Shown here in pieces: positions 56,836-64,000 of a stretch of 64,000 nucleotides of DNA (within the stretch, counting starts at the first letter, position 1; each line of letters opens with the position of its first letter). A program made the translations under genes and the position numbers. The stretch lies in the NCBI GenBank assembly GCA_015060455.1, contig SUYM01000009.1, positions 23,414 through 87,413 on the forward strand, given 5' to 3'. This DNA comes from Bacteroidales bacterium. GTDB lineage: Bacteria; Bacteroidota; Bacteroidia; Bacteroidales; UBA932. A model generated the notes under the pieces. The model saw nothing but the letters and a program-made list of their open reading frames with translations. It did not search any database and was not told where the DNA came from.

Positions 56836-59289
56836 CTAAACTGTTTTTCTGATTTTCGCATATTTGAGAATCAGGATCTTCTCCCCATGGTCATCAAAAC
56901 TGATCTTTGCTTTGAGATCCGTGACCGGACCGGATATATCCATGATCTGGCCGAAGCCGAAACGGTTATGCTCGATGCGGTCCCCCACCTTCAACTGCAA
57001 TATAGGCGTAGGCACAAAATCAGCATCAGGAACACGGGCCGGCGGGGTCTGGGGCCTTGAAAGAGGTCTTGATACAGGACTCTGGACCGGTCTTGAAGTC
57101 GGTCTTGGAGACGGCTTCGGAGCGGTCCTTTCAACCACCGGACGGGATGACCTGCCATAATCATTCCCGAACCTTGAAGACTGTTGTCCCCTCCAACCTC
57201 CGAAATTTCCCGAGTTTGCAGGTTCTTCCCTCCTGTCCTCCTCGGAAAGAGGGTTCAGAATATACGCATTATCTATTTCCTTGACAAAACGGCTCACTGA
57301 GTTGGACTCGTGCTTGCCGTTTCTCATCCTTGTCTGAGTAAATGACAGTTGCAGAACCTTCTTTGCACGGGTCATCGCGACATAGAACAGACGACGTTCC
57401 TCCTCCACTTCAGCTTCTCCTGCGAGCCAGCCGCCAGACGGGAAGATATTCTCCTCCATACCCGCAACGAATACATAAGGATACTCCAAGCCTTTTGAGG
57501 AATGGACCGTCATAAGACTTATCTTGTTGTTGCCGTTCCCATCATCCTCCTCGATATCTACTGCGCTGAGCAGAGAGATGTTTTCAAGGTAGTCATCCAA
57601 GGTGACGACAGGCATATCCTCCTGTGAGATCTCAGTTCCCTCCTCAATCTCTCCGTCCGCCTGCATCTGCTCAAAAAACTCACTCTGACGCTCCTCTATA
57701 TAACTTTTGACACTATTGAGAAGTTCCTCGACATTGGCTGCACGGGCCTGTCCCTCTATGCTCGTGTCGCCCTTGTACAACATGAATATGCCCGAGGACA
57801 TCGCAATATCCGCTGCCACCTTATAGGCATCTTCCTTATGCGCGCGGACAGCAAGAGAGTCAATCATCATGCAGAACTCCCTTATCTTCTTGACAGCCGG
57901 AGTTTTAAGCCCGAATTTTTCAAGATCATCTGCAAAGGCCGCCTTGAACAGCGAGGTCTTATGTTCGAGGGCCGCAGCCATGAGCGCATTCAACGATGTA
58001 TCCCCGATACCCCTGGCCGGTTTGTTGACAACTCTCTTGAAAGACTCATCATCATGGACATTGACACATAACTTGAAATATGCCATCACATCCTTGACCT
58101 CAGCCCTCTCAAAGAAGGAATTGCCCGAATATATCATGTACGGCAGGTTTCTCTTCCTCAACGCCTCTTCAAGCGCACGGGACTGGGCATTAGTCCTATA
58201 TAAGATGGCAAAATCCTGATACTCGGCACGATCCTTTTGAATACGGGAAACGATTGACGAAGCGATAAGATAGGCTTCCTCCTGATCGGTATAGGCCTGA
58301 ATCAGTTTTATCTTCTCCCCCTCATCCCCCTTGGAAAAACACTCCTTAGGTATCCTGTTGGTATTTTTTGCTATCACAGAGTTGGCCGCATTGACTATGA
58401 CCCGGGTAGAGCGGTAATTCTGTTCAAGACGGAAGATATGATGACGGGGATAGTCCTTCTTGAAATTAAGGATATTCTCTATCTTGGCTCCTCGGAAGGC
58501 ATATATTGACTGCGAATCGTCCCCCACCACGCAGATGTTTCCGTGTTGTGCACTCAACTTCCTGAGTATCAGATACTGGGCAACATTCGTATCCTGATAC
58601 TCATCGACCATGATATATCTGAACCTGCTCGAAATCGCCTCCAATGCTGCCGGATTGTCGCGGAAGAGGATATTCATATTCAGAAGGATATCATCGAAAT
58701 CCATCACTCCTGACTGCCTGCATTTGAGGGTATAAAGATCGTAGATATCCACAATGCGGGGCTTCTTTGCCACCATGTCCGCCTGCAAGGCATTTGCATT
58801 GCGACGATAGGCGGCCGGAGTGACAAGATTGTTCTTCGCCATGGATATGCGGCTGAGGACATCCTTGGGCTTATAGACCTTCTCATCGAGTTGGAGTTCC
58901 TTCAGACAAGTCTTGATGGCGCTCACAGAATCGCTTGTGTCATAGATGGTAAATGTGGAAGGATAGCCCAACGACTCTGAAAATTCCCTGAGGAAACGTA
59001 TGAACACCGAGTGAAAAGTACCCATATAAAGTCTCCTTGCCTTCCTTTCACCCACCATCAGCGCAATACGTTCCTTCATTTCCGAAGCCGCCTTCTTGGT
59101 AAATGTCAGTGCGAGAATCTGAGAAGGATCACATCCCTGCTCCAGAATATACGCAATCCTGCTTGTCAAGACCCTTGTCTTGCCCGACCCTGCACCTGCC
59201 ACAATGAGCACGGGTCCATCCACGCAACTGACAGCAGCTCTCTGCTCGCTGTTGAGACCTTCTAAGATAGTACTTTTCACATTTTCCAT
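56836..59289 (-). CDS. pcrA: ATP-dependent DNA helicase PcrA/UvrD
   Basis: AGAGSGKT, TFTKKAA, VDEYQDTN, VGDDSQSIY, LEQNYRS, TVHSSKGLE, EERRLFYVAMTRA; C-terminal Tudor-like H..FG.G. Confidence 0.96.
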   Translation of the reverse strand: MENVKSTILEGLNSEQRAAVSCVDGPVLIVAGAGSGKTRVLTSRIAYILEQGCDPSQILALTFTKKAASEMKERIALMVGERKARRLYMGTFHSVFIRFLREFSESLGYPSTFTIYDTSDSVSAIKTCLKELQLDEKVYKPKDVLSRISMAKNNLVTPAAYRRNANALQADMVAKKPRIVDIYDLYTLKCRQSGVMDFDDILLNMNILFRDNPAALEAISSRFRYIMVDEYQDTNVAQYLILRKLSAQHGNICVVGDDSQSIYAFRGAKIENILNFKKDYPRHHIFRLEQNYRSTRVIVNAANSVIAKNTNRIPKECFSKGDEGEKIKLIQAYTDQEEAYLIASSIVSRIQKDRAEYQDFAILYRTNAQSRALEEALRKRNLPYMIYSGNSFFERAEVKDVMAYFKLCVNVHDDESFKRVVNKPARGIGDTSLNALMAAALEHKTSLFKAAFADDLEKFGLKTPAVKKIREFCMMIDSLAVRAHKEDAYKVAADIAMSSGIFMLYKGDTSIEGQARAANVEELLNSVKSYIEERQSEFFEQMQADGEIEEGTEISQEDMPVVTLDDYLENISLLSAVDIEEDDGNGNNKISLMTVHSSKGLEYPYVFVAGMEENIFPSGGWLAGEAEVEEERRLFYVAMTRAKKVLQLSFTQTRMRNGKHESNSVSRFVKEIDNAYILNPLSEEDRREEPANSGNFGGWRGQQSSRFGNDYGRSSRPVVERTAPKPSPRPTSRPVQSPVSRPLSRPQTPPARVPDADFVPTPILQLKVGDRIEHNRFGFGQIMDISGPVTDLKAKISFDDHGEKILILKYAKIRKTV

Positions 59290-59297
59290 AACGGTGA

Positions 59298-59305
59298 CAA
59301 AAATA
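59298..59305 (-). promoter_or_regulatory. Putative -7 promoter element (TATTTTTG) for pcrA
   Basis: TAnnTTTG just upstream of ATG 59289; would imply a very short leader. Confidence 0.4.
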
Positions 59306-59408
59306 GGTAAAACTTTCAAGCCAAAAAAGTATTTTTTACTACGTAAATTGCTAAAAAATGACTACCTTCGCGGGCGCAAATTGAAATCATATTCAAAACC
59401 AAATTATA

Positions 59409-60764
59409 ATGTCAAACAACATCTATTTAAGAAAAGGCCTTGACCTCCCTATCAACGGTGAGGCAAAGTCCGTTACCAAGAAGGTGATTGTTCCTGACGT
59501 AGTCGCTCTCAAGCCGACTGATTTCAGAGGTCTTGTCCCTAAACTTCTTGTAAGGGAAGGCGACAAGGTTCTCGCAGGAACACCCGTCATGGCAGACAAG
59601 ATGTCCCAGAACATTGTATTCGCATCTCCTGTAAGCGGAGTTGTGAAGGAAATCGTAAGGGGCGCAAAGAGAAAGTTGCTTGAGGTACGCATTCAGGCGG
59701 ACATACAGCAGGCTTATGTTGATTTCGGAGCAAAGAAGGTCGCTGACCTTTCTGCCTCACAGATCAAGGAAGCCATTCTCGGAGCAGGTCTCTGGCCTGC
59801 AATCATCCAGAGGCCATACGGAATCATCGCAAATCCTGAGGTCAAACCTAAGGCCATCTTCGTTTCAGCATTCAACACTGCCCCGCTTGCAGCAGATATG
59901 GAGTATGTTCTCGAAAGCGAGTACAACAACATCCAGACTGCAATCGACGCGTTGAACAAACTCACTGACGGAGGCGTCCACATGTCATTCAACGCCGCCA
60001 ACTACTCAAGCACATCATTCCACAGACTCGAGAACATCATCGGGCACACTGTTGAAGGAAAGCACCCTGCCGGAAACGTAGGAGTACAGATCCACCATTT
60101 CAACCCTATCAAGAAGGGTGAGACCGTATGGACTGTATCAATGCTCATGCTCGCAGCAATCGGAAAACTCTTCAACACAGGAAAGTATGACGTGAGCAGA
60201 AAGATTGCAGTCACAGGACCTATGGCCATCGAGCCTGCATATGTTGATGCATATCCGGGCATTGCTGTACGCCAGTTAAAGGATTTCTTCGACCCTTCTC
60301 TCGACCTGAGATACATCAGCGGCGATGTCCTGACAGGAACAAGCGTCGGCAAGGACGGTTACCTCGGATTCTATGACAACCAGGTCACAATCCTTGAAGA
60401 AGGCGACAAATACGAGATGTTCGGATGGGCAAAGCCGCTCAGACCGGCACTTTTCAGTTCTTCACGCACATACTTCTCATGGCTCACCCCTAAGAAGAAA
60501 TATGACATGGACACCAACCTCCACGGAGGACCGCGCGCCTTTGTCGTGAATGACGTATATAACAAAGTCCTTCCTATGGACCTCTTCCCTGTACATCTCC
60601 TTAAAGCATGTCTTGCCAACAACATCGACGACATGGAGAAGTTCGGCATCTATGAGGTTCTTGAAGAGGATTTCGCACTTTGCGAGTATGTATGTCCGTC
60701 CAAGATCGAGATCCAGCAGATCATCTCTGACGGCATCGCCCTCATGTTGAAAGAAATGTGTTAA
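59409..60764 (+). CDS. nqrA: Na+-translocating NADH:quinone reductase subunit A
   Basis: KGLDLPI.G, SPVSG.V, HPAGNVG, EEDFALCEYVCPSK. Confidence 0.96.
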   Translation: MSNNIYLRKGLDLPINGEAKSVTKKVIVPDVVALKPTDFRGLVPKLLVREGDKVLAGTPVMADKMSQNIVFASPVSGVVKEIVRGAKRKLLEVRIQADIQQAYVDFGAKKVADLSASQIKEAILGAGLWPAIIQRPYGIIANPEVKPKAIFVSAFNTAPLAADMEYVLESEYNNIQTAIDALNKLTDGGVHMSFNAANYSSTSFHRLENIIGHTVEGKHPAGNVGVQIHHFNPIKKGETVWTVSMLMLAAIGKLFNTGKYDVSRKIAVTGPMAIEPAYVDAYPGIAVRQLKDFFDPSLDLRYISGDVLTGTSVGKDGYLGFYDNQVTILEEGDKYEMFGWAKPLRPALFSSSRTYFSWLTPKKKYDMDTNLHGGPRAFVVNDVYNKVLPMDLFPVHLLKACLANNIDDMEKFGIYEVLEEDFALCEYVCPSKIEIQQIISDGIALMLKEMC

Positions 60765-60775
60765 AAGTTCCGATT

Positions 60776-61951
60776 ATGAATGTATTAAGAAATATAGTTG
60801 ACAGAATCAAGCCGACCTTTGAGAAAGGCGGCAAACTCGGATTCCTTCATTCGACATTCGACGCTTTTGAGACATTTCTTTTCGTCCCTAATACCGTGAC
60901 CCGCAAGGGAGCACACGTAAGGGACTGCGTCGATTTGAAGAGAGTCATGATCATGGTTGTGCTCGCCCTTGTTCCTGCGATGCTCTTCGGTATCTGGAAC
61001 ACAGGTTACCAGCACAAACTCGCGTTCGGTCTTACAGACTGGACTTTCTGGAATGTAGTGCTTTACGGTCTCGCAAAGGTACTTCCACTTTATGTTGTTT
61101 CTTATCTTGTAGGTCTCGCGATAGAGTTCGTATCCGCTCAGATCAAGGGACATGAGGTGAACGAGGGTTATCTCGTTTCAGGTATGCTCATTCCGCTCAT
61201 CGTTCCTGTTGATGTTCCGCTCTGGATGCTTGCAGTTGCAGTTGCGTTCGCAGTGCTCATCGGCAAGGAGGTGTTCGGCGGTACAGGTATGAACATCTGG
61301 AACCCTGCCCTCCTCACACGTGCATTCCTTTTCTTCTCATACCCGAGCAGAATGTCAGGCGACACTGTCTGGACAGGTGGCGTTACACGCTACATGGCAG
61401 AAGGACAGGCATGGCAGGCAGGCAACGGTCTTGTTGACGGCTTCTCAGGAGCGACTCCGCTTGCAGACCCTACATTGGCCAACCTTGAGCCTAAGTTCCT
61501 CGACATGGTCATCGGTACCATCCCCGGTTCAGTGGGTGAGACTTCAGTGATCGCCATCCTCCTTGGTGCAGCCCTCCTCCTCTGGACAGGCGTAGCAAGT
61601 TGGAAGATCATGTTCTCATCTGTTCTCGGAGGTCTTGCAATCGGTTATCTGGGATATGCAGTCGGCGCTACCGACCTTCCAGGTTACTATCAACTTGTCA
61701 TGGGCGGTTTCCTCTTCGGAACAGTATTCATGGCCACTGACCCTGTAACTTCCGCTCAGACAGAGTGCGGCAAGTGGATATACGGTTTCCTCGTGGGTGC
61801 TCTCGCAGTCACTGTACGTATCTGGAACCCTGGTTATCCTGAGGGAATGATGCTTGCCATCCTCCTTATGAACACATTTGCTCCGCTTATCGACCACTAT
61901 GTGATCGAGGGCTCGATCAAGAGAAGAGCAAAAAAGGTAAAAATCGCTTAA
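60776..61951 (+). CDS. nqrB: Na+-NQR subunit B
   Basis: DLKRVM, KEVFGGTG.N, SGAT FMN site, PGSVGETS, FMATDPV. Confidence 0.96.
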   Translation: MNVLRNIVDRIKPTFEKGGKLGFLHSTFDAFETFLFVPNTVTRKGAHVRDCVDLKRVMIMVVLALVPAMLFGIWNTGYQHKLAFGLTDWTFWNVVLYGLAKVLPLYVVSYLVGLAIEFVSAQIKGHEVNEGYLVSGMLIPLIVPVDVPLWMLAVAVAFAVLIGKEVFGGTGMNIWNPALLTRAFLFFSYPSRMSGDTVWTGGVTRYMAEGQAWQAGNGLVDGFSGATPLADPTLANLEPKFLDMVIGTIPGSVGETSVIAILLGAALLLWTGVASWKIMFSSVLGGLAIGYLGYAVGATDLPGYYQLVMGGFLFGTVFMATDPVTSAQTECGKWIYGFLVGALAVTVRIWNPGYPEGMMLAILLMNTFAPLIDHYVIEGSIKRRAKKVKIA

Positions 61952-61963
61952 TATATATAAGGT

Positions 61964-62749
61964 ATGAATACAAACAGTAATACATATACAGTAATATATT
62001 CGATCATCCTCGTGGTGGTGGTCGCTGCGGTTCTTGCCTTTGCGGCAATGTTCCTCAAGCCGACACAGGATGCGAATGTAAAGAAGGACACCATCGGTCA
62101 GATCCTTACGGCCGGCACTTTTGCCAATGTCGCTGATGCAGACATTCTTGAAACCTACAAGGCTGAAATCGAATCTGCAATCCTTGTCAACCTTGAAGGT
62201 GAGAAGGTCGGTGAACTTGACATCGAAGACTGCGAGGTCTATGGCACAGCCGACCTCAAGAAGCAGATTGCAGCAGAGCAGAAGCAACTCCCTGTCTATA
62301 TCTTCAAGAACGGCATCACAGTGGTTCCTTGCTACGGAGCCGGTCTTTGGGGACCTATCTGGGGTTATGTAGGACTTGAAAAGGACCTCAAGACCATCAA
62401 GGCTGTCCGTTTCGGCCACAAGGGCGAGACTCCGGGCCTTGGAGCAAAGATTTCTGACGAGCCGTCTTTTTCAGAGGCATTTGTCGCAAAGACAATCGGC
62501 GAGGGCGAGATTCTATTCGAGGTTGCAAAGCCTGCCAACCGTCAGACAGAAAACAACGGTGTTGATGCCATTTCCGGTGCCACCATCACATCTCAGGCTC
62601 TTGGTAAGACCTTGAACATGTGGTTCGGATTCTATCAGAACTACTTTGCAAAGAATGCATCCGTTGAAGTTGTTGATGCACTCATCAACGCAACGGGCGA
62701 ACTTGAGCCGGTAACGGAAGTTGAACCAGTTAACACAGTGGAGGAATAA
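61964..62749 (+). CDS. nqrC: Na+-NQR subunit C
   Basis: GAGLWGPIWG, GETPGLG, DAISGATITS. Confidence 0.95.
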   Translation: MNTNSNTYTVIYSIILVVVVAAVLAFAAMFLKPTQDANVKKDTIGQILTAGTFANVADADILETYKAEIESAILVNLEGEKVGELDIEDCEVYGTADLKKQIAAEQKQLPVYIFKNGITVVPCYGAGLWGPIWGYVGLEKDLKTIKAVRFGHKGETPGLGAKISDEPSFSEAFVAKTIGEGEILFEVAKPANRQTENNGVDAISGATITSQALGKTLNMWFGFYQNYFAKNASVEVVDALINATGELEPVTEVEPVNTVEE

Positions 62750-62752
62750 GAC

Positions 62753-63370
62753 ATGGCAAACATTAAGGAAACATTCTTGAATCCGATATTCAAAGGCAAC
62801 CCTATTTCTGTCCTTGTGCTCGGTATCTGTTCTTCACTTGCTGTTACAGTACAGTTGAAGGGCGCATGCGTGATGGGACTTTCGGTGATCATCGTGACCG
62901 GACTTTCCAGCCTCATCTGCTCACTTCTTAGAAACACCATCCCTAACCGTATCCGTATCATCGTGCAGTTGGTTGTGGTCGCGATGATGGTTATCCTCGT
63001 AGATCAGGTGCTCAAGGCATACGCATACAGCGTCAGCAAGACACTCTCGGTATATATCGGTCTTATCATCACAAACTGTATCGTGATGGGACGTATCGAG
63101 GCATTCGCCCTCGGCAACAAGCCTTTCGCATCCCTCATGGACGGTCTTGGAAACGGTCTCGGATATGCGATGATCCTCGTCATAGTGGCATTCTTCCGTG
63201 AACTTCTCGGAAGCGGCACGCTGTTCGGATTTCAGATCATCCCTGAGAGTTTCTACGAACTCGGATACATGAACAACGGTCTTATGATCCTCCCTCCGAT
63301 GGCCCTCATCCTTCTGGGATGCGTCATCTGGGTACAGAGAGCCATTCAGAAAGACCTTCAGGAAAAATAA
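62753..63370 (+). CDS. nqrD: Na+-NQR subunit D
   Basis: LGICSSLAVT, GLIITNCIVMGR.EAFA. Confidence 0.96.
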   Translation: MANIKETFLNPIFKGNPISVLVLGICSSLAVTVQLKGACVMGLSVIIVTGLSSLICSLLRNTIPNRIRIIVQLVVVAMMVILVDQVLKAYAYSVSKTLSVYIGLIITNCIVMGRIEAFALGNKPFASLMDGLGNGLGYAMILVIVAFFRELLGSGTLFGFQIIPESFYELGYMNNGLMILPPMALILLGCVIWVQRAIQKDLQEK

Positions 63371-63389
63371 CACATAATTCAAGAAAACC

Positions 63390-64000
63390 ATGGCAGATTA
63401 TATTAGTTTATTTGTAAAGTCGATCTTCATCGACAACATGATATTCGCCTACTTCCTTGGTATGTGTTCATACCTGGCGGTATCAAAGAACGTCAAGACA
63501 GCAAACGGCCTCGGTATCGCGGTCATCGCTGTGCTCCTCATAACTCTTCCGGTGAACTACCTCCTCAACGAGTATGTCCTCAAGCCGGGCGCACTCGCAT
63601 GGATGGGAGAGAAATACGCAGACATCGACCTGAGTTTCCTCAGTTTCATCATCTTCATCGCCGTGATTGCAGCCATCGTGCAGATCGTGGAGATGGTAGT
63701 GGAGAAGTTCCTTCCGAACCTTTATTCGCAACTCGGTATCTTCCTTCCACTTATCGCAGTGAACTGCGCGATCCTCGGAGGTTCGCTCTTCATGCAGGAA
63801 AGGGATTTCGTAAGTTTCGGTGAACCGGTTGTCTATGCACTCGGTTCGGGTATCGGCTGGTGGCTCGCCATCGTCGCTCTTGCGGCTATCCGCGAAAAGA
63901 TGGCCTACTCGCACGTTCCTGCTGCGCTCAAGGGCCTCGGCATCACATTCATCACCGTAGGTCTCATGGGTATTGCATTCATGACATTCATGGGTATTCA
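63390..64000 (+). CDS. nqrE: Na+-NQR subunit E (runs off window)
   Basis: Manual translation [33 protein letters not shown]...[17 protein letters not shown]. Confidence 0.95.
   Translation, partial: MADYISLFVKSIFIDNMIFAYFLGMCSYLAVSKNVKTANGLGIAVIAVLLITLPVNYLLNEYVLKPGALAWMGEKYADIDLSFLSFIIFIAVIAAIVQIVEMVVEKFLPNLYSQLGIFLPLIAVNCAILGGSLFMQERDFVSFGEPVVYALGSGIGWWLAIVALAAIREKMAYSHVPAALKGLGITFITVGLMGIAFMTFMGI

Noticed and set aside
62655-62749. Repeat-derived C-terminal tail of NqrC (EPV..EPV)
   Set aside because: Similarity to the palindrome family is too weak; an ordinary acidic tail is sufficient explanation.

Overview
A 64-kb chromosomal window from a Bacteroidales bacterium. Evidence for this: TAnnTTTG promoters, SusC/SusD pairs, Mfa/Fim-type lipoproteins and Bacteroidales-type nqr genes. 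A gut/rumen Rikenellaceae- or Cryptobacteroides-like lineage is an inference. Housekeeping genes: ruvC, serS, rpmA, rplU, rpsU, cobB, an AsmA-family gene, prmA, prfA, tcdA, mazG, a CoA-transferase, mltG, a GH73/LysM muramidase, pcrA/uvrD and nqrA-E. Three accessory blocks interrupt them. (1) An ECF-sigma/FecR-controlled PUL (4.0-22.3 kb) with SusC/D, two exported FAD oxidoreductases, a clan GH-A hydrolase, GH3, a surface lipoprotein, an unannotated 48-aa peptide and two fimbrillin-like lipoproteins; its SusC and GH-A genes are each broken by one extra G in a G6 run. (2) A CAZyme-free SusC/D locus with LRR/BACON lipoproteins and an S8 protease (36.5-51.9 kb). (3) A small type-V-pilin-like cluster (52.2-56.7 kb). 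The most striking non-coding signal is a family of TGTC-tagged REP-like palindromes at 8 loci. At all 8 the gene-proximal copy has the same orientation relative to the adjacent downstream gene: 7 lie 12-43 nt upstream of its start codon, and the eighth supplies the ruvC start codon. Two dense arrays of back-to-back hairpins lie beside such elements (1075-1209, 31958-32060), and a decayed copy may be inserted in frame in rplU. No tRNA, rRNA, CRISPR array, transposase, integrase or reverse transcriptase was recognised.
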